From: an uncultured Geobacter sp.
GTDB taxonomy: Bacteria > Desulfobacterota > Desulfuromonadia > Geobacterales > DSM-12255
Assembly (NCBI GenBank): GCA_964431365.1
Contig: CAYSJJ010000001.1
Location: 33,214 to 97,213, forward strand
Direction: 5' to 3'
DNA: 64,000 bases
In this document: in pieces, positions 1 to 9,737 of the stretch
How the letters are laid out: every line of letters starts with the position of its first letter
Position numbering within the stretch: position 1 is the stretch's first letter
Position numbers and translations under genes: made by a program
Notes under the pieces: generated by a model
Seen by the model: only the letters and a program-made list of their open reading frames with translations
Database searches by the model: none
What the model was told of the DNA's origin: nothing

Positions 1-2
1 AC

Positions 3-1535
3 CACAAGCGGATCGGCCTCCTCTACTTCTGGTCGGTGTTCGGCTTCTTCCTGGTCGGCGTCATGCTGGGGCTCCTGCTCAAGCTGGAGCTGATGACGCC
101 GGGACGGACCATCATGGGGCCCCAGAGCTACAACGCCCTCTTCACCGTGCACGGGGTGGTTATGATCTTCCTCTTCATCATCCCCGGCTTTCCCGGCGCC
201 TTCGGCAACCTGATCATGCCGATCCAGATCGGCGCCCGGGACGTGGCCTTCCCGCGCCTCAACCTCCTCTCCTGGTGGCTCTACATCGCCGGCGCCGCGA
301 TCATCCTCACCTCGCTCTTCACCGGCGGCGGCCCGCCCGATACCGGCTGGACCTTCTATGTCCCCTTCAGCGAGCGGACCGGCACCAACGTCTCCCTGGC
401 GGTCTTCGGCGTCTTCGTCATCGGTTTCTCCTCCATCCTGACCGGCGTGAACTTCGTCACCACCATCCATCGCCTCAGGGCCGAGGGGATGACCTGGGGG
501 AGGCTGCCGCTCTTTGTCTGGTCCCTCTACGCCACGGCCTGGGTACAGATCCTGGCGACCCCCATCCTCGGCATCACCCTGATGCTGATCATTGCCGAGC
601 GACTCCTCGGCACCGGCCTGTTCGACCCGGGGCGCGGCGGTGACCCGCTCATGTACCAGCACCTCTTCTGGATCTACTCCCACCCGGCGGTCTACATCAT
701 GATCCTCCCGGCCATGGGGGTAATCTCGGAGATCATCCCGGTCTTTTCCCGCAAGCCGATCTTCGGCTACAAGATGATCGCCTTTTCCAGCCTGGCCATC
801 GCCGCGGCCGGGTCGTTGGTCTGGGGACACCACATGTTCACCAGCGGCATGAGCGACACCGCGATCCTGGTCTTCTCCTTCCTCACCTTCATCGTCGCCA
901 TCCCGTCGGCCATCAAGGTCTTCAACTGGGTCTCCACCCTCTACCGGGGCTCCATCTCCCTGGAGGCCCCGATGCTCTTCGCCCTCTCCTTCCTCCTCCT
1001 CTTCTCCATCGGCGGGCTGACCGGGCTGATCCTCGGCGCGGCCGCCACCGACATCCACGTCCACGACACCCAGTTCGTGGTCGGCCACTTCCACTACGTC
1101 ATCTTCGGCGGCGCCGGGTTCGCCTTTTTCGGCGCCATGCACTACTGGCTCCCCAAGTTCTATGGCCGCCGCTATGCGGAAAGGCCGGCCGTCGTCGCCT
1201 GGGGGATGATGTTCACCGGCTTCAACATCCTCTACTTCACCATGATGGTGCTCGGGATGAAGGGGATGCCGAGGCGCTACTACGACTACCTTCCGGAGTT
1301 CGCCACCCTCAACCTGGTCTCCACCTTCGGGAGCTGGATACTGGCCTGCGGCCTGCTGCTCCTCCTGGTGAACCTGTTCCGCGGGCTGCGGAGCGGTGAG
1401 CCGTTCGGGGAGAACCCCTGGGGGGCGGCTACCCTGGAGTGGAGCGTGGCGACCCCCCCCCCGACGGAAAACTTTGCCGAGGAACCGGTGGTGACCCACG
1501 GCCCCTATGACTTCAGGGGGGCGGGTATCCCATGA
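3..1535 (+). CDS. coxA: Cytochrome c oxidase subunit I, A2-type (5' end lies outside the window)
   Basis: Frame is open from the window start (HKRIGLLY...). Motifs HGVVMIF, WIYSHPAVY (YS = A2 type), WGHHMF, VGHFHYV and GMPRRY are present. Confidence 0.97.
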   Translation, partial: HKRIGLLYFWSVFGFFLVGVMLGLLLKLELMTPGRTIMGPQSYNALFTVHGVVMIFLFIIPGFPGAFGNLIMPIQIGARDVAFPRLNLLSWWLYIAGAAIILTSLFTGGGPPDTGWTFYVPFSERTGTNVSLAVFGVFVIGFSSILTGVNFVTTIHRLRAEGMTWGRLPLFVWSLYATAWVQILATPILGITLMLIIAERLLGTGLFDPGRGGDPLMYQHLFWIYSHPAVYIMILPAMGVISEIIPVFSRKPIFGYKMIAFSSLAIAAAGSLVWGHHMFTSGMSDTAILVFSFLTFIVAIPSAIKVFNWVSTLYRGSISLEAPMLFALSFLLLFSIGGLTGLILGAAATDIHVHDTQFVVGHFHYVIFGGAGFAFFGAMHYWLPKFYGRRYAERPAVVAWGMMFTGFNILYFTMMVLGMKGMPRRYYDYLPEFATLNLVSTFGSWILACGLLLLLVNLFRGLRSGEPFGENPWGAATLEWSVATPPPTENFAEEPVVTHGPYDFRGAGIP

Positions 1536-2134
1536 GCCACCCGTCCCGCAGGGATTACGCCGGCGCCAAGCTGGGGATGTGGCTCTTCCTCTTCACCGAG
1601 CTGCTCCTCTTCGGCGGCCTGTTCCTCCTCTATGCCGCCTACCTGGCCCGCTATCCCCACGAGTTCGCCGCGGCCGGGCGGGAGATGCATGTCGGCTTCG
1701 GCACGCTCAACACGGGGGTCCTCATCACCAGCAGCCTGCTGGTGGCCATGGCGGTCACCGCCATCCAGCGGGACGACCGCCGGACGGCCTTCCGGCTGCT
1801 CATGGGGACGATCTCCTGCGCCGGGTGGTTCCTGTTCAACAAGTACCTGGAGTGGAGCGCCGAGATCGGCCGCGGCATCTACCCCAATTCGGCGAAGCTC
1901 GTGGCCGGACCGGCCGGGGAGTCGGTCTTCTACGGCCTCTACTACCTGACCGTCGGCCTCCACGGCCTGCACGTGCTGGTGGGGGGGACCCTGCTGGCGG
2001 TGGTGGCGCGGCGGGTGAGGGGGGGGAGCATCCACGGCGGCGATTTCGTCTGGCTTGAGAATGCCGCCCTCTACTGGCACCTGGTGGACCTGGTCTGGAT
2101 CTTCATCTTCCCGCTCTACTACCTGATCCTGTAG
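1532..2134 (+). CDS. coxC: Cytochrome c oxidase subunit III
   Basis: GMWLFLFTE, GLHGLHV and YWHLVDLVW motifs; ATGA overlap with coxA. Confidence 0.95.
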   Translation: MSHPSRRDYAGAKLGMWLFLFTELLLFGGLFLLYAAYLARYPHEFAAAGREMHVGFGTLNTGVLITSSLLVAMAVTAIQRDDRRTAFRLLMGTISCAGWFLFNKYLEWSAEIGRGIYPNSAKLVAGPAGESVFYGLYYLTVGLHGLHVLVGGTLLAVVARRVRGGSIHGGDFVWLENAALYWHLVDLVWIFIFPLYYLIL

Positions 2135-2143
2135 GAGGCAGGC

Positions 2144-2428
2144 ATGGCAACCGGAAACCACCACATCATCGGGTACGGCAGGCTGACGGCGGTCTGGCTG
2201 GCCCTTCTCGTCCTCACCGGACTGACCGTCGCGGTCTCGCGCCTGGAGATCGGCATCGGCCACGTCTGGGGCTCGCTGGCCATCGCCTCGGTCAAGGCGG
2301 GGCTGGTGATCGCCTTCTTCATGCACATGCGCTACGAGGGAAGGCTGCTGCGCTGGCTCCTGTTCGTCGCCCTGCTGACCCTGGCCATCTTCATCGGCCT
2401 CACCTTTTTCGACGTGCTCTATCGCTGA
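2144..2428 (+). CDS. coxD: Cytochrome c oxidase subunit IV
   Basis: Small 3-TM protein with KAGLVIAFFMHM; AGGAGG RBS; operon position. Confidence 0.9.
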   Translation: MATGNHHIIGYGRLTAVWLALLVLTGLTVAVSRLEIGIGHVWGSLAIASVKAGLVIAFFMHMRYEGRLLRWLLFVALLTLAIFIGLTFFDVLYR

Positions 2429-2437
2429 GGAAGCTCC

Positions 2438-3649
2438 GTGGACCCAAACCTGATTACCACAACCCAAGCGGTCGACCCGGTGTTCATCTTCATCCTCGGG
2501 GTCTCCATCGTGCTCCTCATCGGCATCACGGCGACCACGGTGGGGTTTGTCATCCGCTACCACCGGAGCCGCGCCCCGGTGGCGACCTCCCGGGCGGACG
2601 GGAACCTCTGGCTGGAGATCGTCTGGACCGTGCTCCCCACGGCGCTGGTGCTGGCCATGTTCTATTACGGCTGGTCCGGGTATCTGACGCTGCGTCAGGT
2701 CCCCAGGAATGCCGTGCAGGTGACCGCCACGGCCCGTACCTGGAGCTGGAGCTTCACCTATGCCAATGGCAAGACCAGCCCCAAGCTCTATGTGCCGGCG
2801 GGGAAACCGGTGCTGGTCAATCTCGTTTCCCAGGACGTGCTGCACGGCTTCTATCTCCCGGCGTTCCGGGTCAAGCGGGATGTGGTCCCGGGAATGAAGA
2901 ACCACGCCTGGTTCGTGGCCGACAAGCCCGGCTCCTATGACCTCTTCTGTTCCGTCTACTGCGGCACCGGCCACTCCGGGATGATCACCACCGTGGAGGC
3001 GCTTCCTCCGGCGCAGTTTGCCGCCTGGCTGCAGCAGGGGGGGGGCGGAGGGAAGGAACATGGCGGCAAGGAGCTGCTGGAGAAGCATGGCTGTCTCGGC
3101 TGTCACTCCCTGGACGGCACGCCGAAGGTCGGTCCGACCCTGAAGGGTATCTGGGGACGGAGCGTTACGGTCGTCACCGGCGGCACGGAGCGGACCATCA
3201 CCGTGGACGAGGCGTATCTGCGCCGTTCACTCCTGGAGCCGAACGCCGACGTGGTCAAGGGGTTCCCGCCGGTGATGCCGGCCTTCAGCGGCAAGCTGAC
3301 CGACGCCGAGATCGCGGTGATCATCGATTTCCTGCGCAGCGGCGGCGAAACCCACCCGAAGCCGGACGGAGCGAAACTGGCCAAGGAGAAGGGGTGCCTG
3401 GCCTGCCACTCCCTGGACGGGACGCGCGGCGTCGGCCCCACCTTCAAGGGGCTCTACAACAGCCGAGTCACGGTGCTGCAGGGCGGCACCCGGCTCATCG
3501 TCACCGCCGACGACGCCTATCTGCGGGAGTCGATCACCAAGCCGATGGCGAAGGTGGTCGAGGGGTACCAGCCGATCATGCCGCTCTTTCCCGATCTGAA
3601 GGATGACGAGGTCGAGGCGCTGGTGGAGTTCATCGAGGGGATACGGTGA
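2438..3649 (+). CDS. coxB: Cytochrome c oxidase subunit II with two C-terminal cytochrome c domains
   Basis: LEIVWT, DVLHGF and CuA motif CSVYCGTGHSGM; two heme motifs CLGCH and CLACH, each followed by a distal Met (PVMP, PIMP). Confidence 0.95.
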   Translation: MDPNLITTTQAVDPVFIFILGVSIVLLIGITATTVGFVIRYHRSRAPVATSRADGNLWLEIVWTVLPTALVLAMFYYGWSGYLTLRQVPRNAVQVTATARTWSWSFTYANGKTSPKLYVPAGKPVLVNLVSQDVLHGFYLPAFRVKRDVVPGMKNHAWFVADKPGSYDLFCSVYCGTGHSGMITTVEALPPAQFAAWLQQGGGGGKEHGGKELLEKHGCLGCHSLDGTPKVGPTLKGIWGRSVTVVTGGTERTITVDEAYLRRSLLEPNADVVKGFPPVMPAFSGKLTDAEIAVIIDFLRSGGETHPKPDGAKLAKEKGCLACHSLDGTRGVGPTFKGLYNSRVTVLQGGTRLIVTADDAYLRESITKPMAKVVEGYQPIMPLFPDLKDDEVEALVEFIEGIR

Positions 3650-4467
3650 GCCCCCCCCTTCTGCGGCTGTTCCGTCTGCGGCTGTCGCTCCTGAACGGCG
3701 TGGCAGCCGTGGGAGGGTACAGCCTCTTTCCCGCAGCGTCCTCACCGACAGGGTGGTGGCCGCTCTTCACCGGCGTGACGCTCCTGGCCGCCGGGGCTTC
3801 TGCCCTCAACCAGGTGCTTGAGCACGACCTTGACCGGCTGATGGTCCGCACCAGCGGGCGCCCCATTCCCCGTGGCGACCTGTCGCCGTCAGCAGGGGTT
3901 GCAATCGGCGTCGCCGCTCTCCTGGCCGGACTCCTGCTGCTCGCTGCCTTTGGCGGCCTGCGTCCCTCCCTGCTTGGAGCGGGGGCGGTGGCCTGGTACC
4001 TGGGGCTTTACACGCCTCTCAAGCGCCATACCCCCTTTGCCCTGGCCGTCGGCGCTGTCTGCGGTGCCGTGCCGCCGGTCATCGGCTGGTGCTCTGCCGG
4101 CGGGGCGCCCGGCGACTACCCCATCATGCTCCTTGCCGGTCTCCTCTACCTCTGGCAGATCCCCCATTTCTGGCTCTTCCAGCGTCGGCACGAGGAGGAT
4201 TACCGGCGCGCCGGCCTCCCCCTGTTCGTTCCAGGGGTGGCCGGAGGAGCTCCCGCTCCCCTCTGCCGGCTCTGGCTCCTGGCCCTGGCCGCGGCAGCCG
4301 CGATGCTGCCGGCCTTCGGCGTCATCGGGGGGGATTCCGCCCGTTGGTACCTGGTTATTCCTCTCGGGCTCGGCATTCTCGCCGCCACGCTTTCGGAGAG
4401 ACTCCTCGGCTCCTGTATCAACCTCTTCCCGCTGCTGGTGACCATGGCGCTCGTCATGCAGCGGTGA
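3646..4467 (+). CDS. ctaB: Protoheme IX farnesyltransferase (heme o synthase)
   Basis: NQVLEHDLDRLMVRTSGRPIP, YTPLKR and WQIPHF motifs. Confidence 0.92.
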   Translation: MSPPLLRLFRLRLSLLNGVAAVGGYSLFPAASSPTGWWPLFTGVTLLAAGASALNQVLEHDLDRLMVRTSGRPIPRGDLSPSAGVAIGVAALLAGLLLLAAFGGLRPSLLGAGAVAWYLGLYTPLKRHTPFALAVGAVCGAVPPVIGWCSAGGAPGDYPIMLLAGLLYLWQIPHFWLFQRRHEEDYRRAGLPLFVPGVAGGAPAPLCRLWLLALAAAAAMLPAFGVIGGDSARWYLVIPLGLGILAATLSERLLGSCINLFPLLVTMALVMQR

Positions 4468-4579
4468 TCACGGTTTTCCCCAGATAACGTCCCCCTCCTA
4501 CCTTTTCCTTTGCCTTGGGCACGCCTTAGGGCTACAATTGGTCGCTACAAATATCCATCCACACCAAAGGACCCCACCC

Positions 4580-5725
4580 ATGGCCCAACAAGCCCTAGCC
4601 ACCTACTTCGCTTCGCCGGAGCGGACCGACGACCGTGATCTCGTTCGCCTCCATGGGTTGCTGGCCGCCGACAGCGGGCTCTGCTCGGTAATCGACGCCA
4701 TGCCCGAACTGGTGATGGTGGTGGGAGAAACCAGGCAGATTCTGCTCGGCAACCGGGCCATGAGCGAGTTCGCGGCCTCCCAGGGGTGTGAAGCGTTGCT
4801 CGGACTGCGGCCAGGCGAGCTCTTCTCGTGCCAGCATGCCATGTCCGCCCCTTCGGGGTGTGGGACCGGCGAGCCCTGCAGCACGTGCGGGGCGTTAGAG
4901 GCGATCCTGGAGGCGCTCGAGGGTGACCGCGCCAGTTACGAGTGCCGCGTGCTGCGACAGCTTCCCCAAGGGATGGAGGCGCTCGATCTGAAGGTGTGGG
5001 GTACCCCGTTCTGCTGGAACGGTGAATCGCTGGCCCTGGTGGTGGCCGTTGACATCAGTGACGAAAAACGGCGGAAGGTGCTGGAACGGATATTCTTCCA
5101 CGACGTCCTCAATACGGCCGGCGCCATCAACAGCCTGACCGAACTGCTGGTCGACGGGATACTGACCTTCGACCAGGCCAAAGAGACCCTCGTCGACTCG
5201 GTCAGGACCCTGGTCAGTGAAATCAGGGATCAGCGGGAGCTCCTCGCGGCCGAGAGCAACGAGTTGACGGTACGGACGTCGCCGGTGCATTCGCGCCTGT
5301 TTCTCGAAGCGATGGCCGGCACGTACCGGCACACCCATCTCGGCCGGGAGCGGGAGATCCTTATCCACCCGACCTCGGCGGAGACCATCTTCTTCAGCGA
5401 CGAACGGCTCTTCGGCCGGGTTATCGGCAACCTCGTCAAGAATGCCCTGGAGGCGGTGGGAGAGGGAGGGGTGGTAACCCTCGGCTGCACCGTCGAGGAG
5501 AACAAGGTCTCCTTCTGGTGCCATAATCCCGGCCACATTCCGCACGAAGTCCAGTTGCAGATATTTCAGCGCTCGTTTTCCACCAAGGAACTGGGCAGAG
5601 GCATCGGTACCTATAGTGTCAAACTGCTGACCGAGCGTTACCTGAAAGGGCGGGCCTCCTTCGTCTCCGACGCCGCCGCGGGAACCACCTTCTCCGTCAC
5701 ACTCCCCCTCGATATCCGTCACTGA
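4580..5725 (+). CDS. Cytoplasmic PAS-like sensor histidine kinase with a Cys cluster
   Basis: H-box FFHDVLN, N-box NLVKNALEA, FSTK and GRGIGTY. N-terminal C-x9-C-x5-C-x2-C motif. Start chosen at ATG 4580. Confidence 0.88.
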   Translation: MAQQALATYFASPERTDDRDLVRLHGLLAADSGLCSVIDAMPELVMVVGETRQILLGNRAMSEFAASQGCEALLGLRPGELFSCQHAMSAPSGCGTGEPCSTCGALEAILEALEGDRASYECRVLRQLPQGMEALDLKVWGTPFCWNGESLALVVAVDISDEKRRKVLERIFFHDVLNTAGAINSLTELLVDGILTFDQAKETLVDSVRTLVSEIRDQRELLAAESNELTVRTSPVHSRLFLEAMAGTYRHTHLGREREILIHPTSAETIFFSDERLFGRVIGNLVKNALEAVGEGGVVTLGCTVEENKVSFWCHNPGHIPHEVQLQIFQRSFSTKELGRGIGTYSVKLLTERYLKGRASFVSDAAAGTTFSVTLPLDIRH

Positions 5726-5780
5726 TCCTGTCGCGCGCCGCAGTCGGTTTACGGCGCCGCACCTGTTTTCCCATTCCCGT

Positions 5781-5809
5781 TTGACAAACCGGCCCCGGTG
5801 CTCTATGTA
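5781..5809 (+). promoter_or_regulatory. Sigma70-like promoter
   Basis: TTGACA-17 bp-TATGTA upstream of the CDS at 5854. Confidence 0.5.
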
Positions 5810-5853
5810 CACTTACACCGGTTCGCCCGGTTCATTCTCCCTGGAAGGGACCC

Positions 5854-6960
5854 ATGGCGCGAAGAATCTTCATAGCAGCCACCGGCCAGAACTGCGGGAA
5901 GACCACCACCAGCCTCTCGCTGCTTCACCTGGCGCGAAGGACGTACGGTCGTGTCGGCTTCATCAAGCCCCTCGGTCCCAAACCGGCCATGCTGCGCGGA
6001 ATCCCCGTCGACAAGGATGCCGCGCTGGTCGCCCAGGTATTCGGCCTCCAGCGGGACCTGCGCTTCATGTCGCCGGTGGTGGTCTACCCCGACACCACCC
6101 GCAAGGTCATCGACGGCGAGGTCTCGGCCTCAGAGCTGCAGGAGCGGATACTGCACGCCTATGCCGAACTGGAGAAGCGGTGCGACTTCATCGTCATCGA
6201 GGGGTCGGGGCACCCCGGGGTCGGGTCGGTGCTGAAGCTGTCCAATGCCCGCATTGCCCGGCTGCTGGATGCGCCGGTGCTTATGGTCACCGGTGGCGGG
6301 GTGGGGAACGTGGTGGATACGGTCAGCATGAACCTGGCGCTCTTTGAAAAGGAGGGGGCCGAGGTGCGGGCTCTCCTGGCCAACAAGCTGATCGCGGAGA
6401 AGCGGGTGAGTATCCTCGATTATCTGCGACGAGCCCTGGTCAACGAACCGCTGACCGTCCTCGGCGGCTTCGATTACCAGCCGGTCCTGGCCAACCCGAC
6501 CCTGCGCCGCGTTTCAAAGCTCCTCGACCTCCCGTTGAACGGGAATCGGCGCGACATGGGGAGGATCATCCACAATGTCCAGATCGGTGCCGCCTCTACC
6601 CAGCGGGTGACCGAGCTGCTCAGGCCGTCTACCCTCCTGATCGTCACCAGCAGCCGCGACGAACTGCTGGTCACCCTGGCCAACCTCTACCAGATGCCGG
6701 AGTACCGGTCGCAGATCGTCGGCCTGGTGATCCCCGGCATCATTCCGGTCAGCACCATCACGCAACGGATCCTCGACCGGAGCAACATCCCGTACCTCCG
6801 CACCCATAGCCACACTACAGCCGAGCTGCACAGGGTTCTCACCGAGGACGTCTCCAAGATCACCGTCGAGGATACCGAGAAACTTGACCTGGTCCGGTCG
6901 CTGGCGGAAAGGAGTCTCGACTTCGACGCCCTGGATGAGCTCTTTGCCCCCCGGTCCTGA
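5854..6960 (+). CDS. BioD/CobB-like P-loop NTPase plus DRTGG-like domain protein (Pta N-terminal-like), paralog 1
   Basis: IFIAATGQNCGKTT, GFIKP, VIEGSGH and LIVTSSRDE; no PTA catalytic domain. Confidence 0.85.
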   Translation: MARRIFIAATGQNCGKTTTSLSLLHLARRTYGRVGFIKPLGPKPAMLRGIPVDKDAALVAQVFGLQRDLRFMSPVVVYPDTTRKVIDGEVSASELQERILHAYAELEKRCDFIVIEGSGHPGVGSVLKLSNARIARLLDAPVLMVTGGGVGNVVDTVSMNLALFEKEGAEVRALLANKLIAEKRVSILDYLRRALVNEPLTVLGGFDYQPVLANPTLRRVSKLLDLPLNGNRRDMGRIIHNVQIGAASTQRVTELLRPSTLLIVTSSRDELLVTLANLYQMPEYRSQIVGLVIPGIIPVSTITQRILDRSNIPYLRTHSHTTAELHRVLTEDVSKITVEDTEKLDLVRSLAERSLDFDALDELFAPRS

Positions 6961-6986
6961 CCATCCCGACGTCACGAGTGGAAACC

Positions 6987-8240
6987 ATGCCTGATTCGAG
7001 CCGGCTCCGCCGCCAGCGCTGGGTGATTTTCGGCGTACTGGCGCTGATCTACATTCTGGTCTATTTTTACCGGGTCTCGCTGGCGGTGGTAGCGGGCGAT
7101 ATCGCCCGGGAGCTCCGGCTTACCCCCCAGCAGCTCGGCGCCCTGTCGGGCATCCTCTTCTACGTCTATGGTGTTGCCCAGATCCCGCTGGGGCCGATGA
7201 TCGACCGGCTGGGAGGCCGGCTGGTCATCAGCGGTAGCGGGGTGCTTACCGCGGCCGGCGGCATACTCTTCTCCCGGGCGGCAAGCTTGGAAACGGCCAT
7301 GGCTGCCCGGGTGCTGATCGGTATCGGCACCGCCTCGGTGCTGATGGCCACCTTCACGATATTCAGCCATTGGTATTCCCGGAAGGAGTTCGGCCGGGTC
7401 TCGGGCTTCATGGTGGCGGTCGGCAACCTGGGGAACCTGCTGGGTACGGCACCGCTGGCGCTGGCCGTGGCGGCCTTTGGCTGGCGCACGTCGTTCCTGG
7501 CCATCGGGATCGTCCAGGTGCTGGTCACCCTCCTGGTTTTCGGCCTGGTACGCGACCGTCCACCCCGACACTCCACGGATGCGGCGCCGGACGCCGCCCC
7601 CCACGTCGGCATGCTGGCCGCCTGGAAGAACATCTTCGGCACGCCGGATTTCTGGCTGCTCGGCTTGATTGCATTTTTCTGGTACGGCAATTACCTGGCG
7701 CTCCAGGGACTCTGGGGCGGCCCCTACCTGATGGAGGTACTGCAGTTCTCCCGCGAGGCCACCGGCCGGATGCTGATGTGCACCTCCCTCGGGTTCATCG
7801 CCGGCAGCACCATGATCGACACCGTTGCCCGCCGGCTGTTCCGCTCCTACAAGAAGACCCTGGTGGCGGGACAACTGATGCTGATGCTGTTCATGAGCTG
7901 CTTTCTGGGGGGTGCCGAGGCCCTGTCACAGCCGATCCTCGCTCTGCTCTTCTTCGTCATCGGCCTGGCGGTATCCAGCGGCGTGATGATCTACCCGATC
8001 GTCCGGAGCATGTTCCCGGTGCGGATCGTCGGGACGGCGCTCACCTCCCTCAACTTCTTCGTCCTGATGGGGGCGGCGGTCACCCAGCAGGTCATGGGTC
8101 TGATCGTCGGCCACTTCCCGCGAGGGGCCAGCGGCGTCATTCCCCGGGCGTTCCATGCCGCCTTCCTCTTCCCGGTCATCGGGCTTGCCGTGGCAATCGT
8201 CTGCTATCTGTTCGCCCGGGATTATTCCGAGCAGAACTGA
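6987..8240 (+). CDS. MFS transporter
   Basis: About 12 hydrophobic segments; MFS motif A GPMIDRLGGR. Confidence 0.92.
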   Translation: MPDSSRLRRQRWVIFGVLALIYILVYFYRVSLAVVAGDIARELRLTPQQLGALSGILFYVYGVAQIPLGPMIDRLGGRLVISGSGVLTAAGGILFSRAASLETAMAARVLIGIGTASVLMATFTIFSHWYSRKEFGRVSGFMVAVGNLGNLLGTAPLALAVAAFGWRTSFLAIGIVQVLVTLLVFGLVRDRPPRHSTDAAPDAAPHVGMLAAWKNIFGTPDFWLLGLIAFFWYGNYLALQGLWGGPYLMEVLQFSREATGRMLMCTSLGFIAGSTMIDTVARRLFRSYKKTLVAGQLMLMLFMSCFLGGAEALSQPILALLFFVIGLAVSSGVMIYPIVRSMFPVRIVGTALTSLNFFVLMGAAVTQQVMGLIVGHFPRGASGVIPRAFHAAFLFPVIGLAVAIVCYLFARDYSEQN

Positions 8241-8263
8241 GCAGTCGGTCGTGTGGCTGAATG

Positions 8264-8293
8264 CAGAAAAGGCGGCAAAGGCCGCCTTTTCTG
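8264..8293. terminator. Bidirectional rho-independent terminator
   Basis: CAGAAAAGGCGGC-AAAG-GCCGCCTTTTCTG between convergent genes. Confidence 0.85.
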
Positions 8294-8314
8294 TCTGAAC
8301 GTGTGAAGGGGGGA

Positions 8315-8827
8315 CTAGAGGATTTCCACCAGCTGCAGTTCGAAGGTGAGATCTTCGCCGGCCAACGGGTGGTTGGCGTCGAAGGTGATGCTGTCGTCGG
8401 TCACCGCGGTGACGGTGACGCCGAAATCGTCGTGCTCCTCGTTGGAGAGGACGAGTTCATCCCCCACCTCGGGATTGAGGTCTGCCGGTACGTCGCTGCG
8501 GGGAACGGTGAAGACCTTCTCCTCGTCGCGCTCGCCAAAGGCGTCTACAGCCGGAACGACAACTTTCCGCGTCTCCCCGGGAGCCATGCCGATGAGTGCC
8601 TCTTCGATCTGGGTGAAGAACTCGCCCGAACCGATGGTCAGTTCCATGGGGCCGGTTTCGCAGCCGCAGCCGCAATCGTCGTCGCAATCATCGTGATCGC
8701 AGTCGCTGGATTCGCATTCTTCTGAACTGCATTCGTCTCCTTCAAGGGTTGAATCGAACACCGTGCCGTCCGCCAGCATGCCGGTGTAATCGAATTTTAC
8801 CTTATCGCCCTGTTTTGCCTGTGCCAT
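8315..8827 (-). CDS. FKBP-type peptidyl-prolyl isomerase (SlyD/SlpA-like) with a Cys/Asp-rich insert
   Basis: YTGMLADGTVFDST, EEALIGM and DANHPLAGEDLTF motifs. Confidence 0.93.
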   Translation of the reverse strand: MAQAKQGDKVKFDYTGMLADGTVFDSTLEGDECSSEECESSDCDHDDCDDDCGCGCETGPMELTIGSGEFFTQIEEALIGMAPGETRKVVVPAVDAFGERDEEKVFTVPRSDVPADLNPEVGDELVLSNEEHDDFGVTVTAVTDDSITFDANHPLAGEDLTFELQLVEIL

Positions 8828-8989
8828 TTCGTGATCCTTTTTCTGGTGATAGTCTGCAGCCTTGGCTGTCATGACGTTAGAGTACGGGGAAGTGGGATAA
8901 AGGTCCACAAAATTTTTTTGCCGCCGCGGCCGTTTCAGAATTGGCTCGGACAACCGAAGAACTTAGGAAATATGCATGAGAGGTGCTGC

Positions 8990-9697
8990 ATGGCTACCGA
9001 AGCCTATCGTGAGTTGATCGTCGCCTCGAAGGTCGATGATGAGGCATCCATTATCGACCTGTTCAGGGAAATTGCCGAAAACGACCGGGACGCGACGGTC
9101 ACGATGCTGAACATCTACAAAGAGCTCCCCATTACCAACACAGCGACAATCTTCGACATCAAGGGGAAGAACCTGGAATTCAAGACTACCCCCCTGCAGC
9201 TGGCAGCGGCTCATCACAGCGGCGAAACGCTGATCCAGGCCCCCTTCCTCAATACCAGCATCATCGGCAAGGTGATCTACGTGGATCACGCCCACGGCCT
9301 GGTGGGGCTGGGGAATCTCTCCTATGCAGAGGTATTCTACGACAAGCGGAATGCGGTGCGGGTAAGGCTGCGGATCCCCTTGAACGTGACCCTCGACGCC
9401 GACGGGGCCAAGGTGTCGGGGATGATGCGCGATGTCTCCCTCGGCGGCTGCGGGGTTACTACCCTGGCCGGGCCGACGCTGGAGCGGGCGAGCAACGTGA
9501 AGCTCCATATCAAGCTGTTCGAAAACGATACCGTGGTGGAAGCGGATATCCCGTCCCGGATCGTCCGGCTCGGGGAAGGCCCCCCTTACGACTGCGGCAT
9601 CACGTTTCTGCACACCGCGGAGACCGAGCGGATCCTCTCCATGTTCATCTACCGGCGTCAGCTGGAGATCATCCGTGAGCTGAAGGAGAAGGCCTGA
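8990..9697 (+). CDS. PilZ domain (c-di-GMP receptor) protein
   Basis: RxxxR (RNAVR) followed by DxSxxG (DVSLGG). Confidence 0.85.
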   Translation: MATEAYRELIVASKVDDEASIIDLFREIAENDRDATVTMLNIYKELPITNTATIFDIKGKNLEFKTTPLQLAAAHHSGETLIQAPFLNTSIIGKVIYVDHAHGLVGLGNLSYAEVFYDKRNAVRVRLRIPLNVTLDADGAKVSGMMRDVSLGGCGVTTLAGPTLERASNVKLHIKLFENDTVVEADIPSRIVRLGEGPPYDCGITFLHTAETERILSMFIYRRQLEIIRELKEKA

Positions 9698-9737
9698 CAA
9701 CGGGCGGAGCGGCCAGTGACTGATACCGCTTCGGCTG

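Noticed and set aside
1505..3106. Long antisense ORFs (also 9888-10988, 18359-20422, 28930-30738, 32332-33756, 35292-37379, 44880-46679)
   Set aside because: They are shadows of well-supported genes in GC-rich DNA and carry no recognisable motifs.
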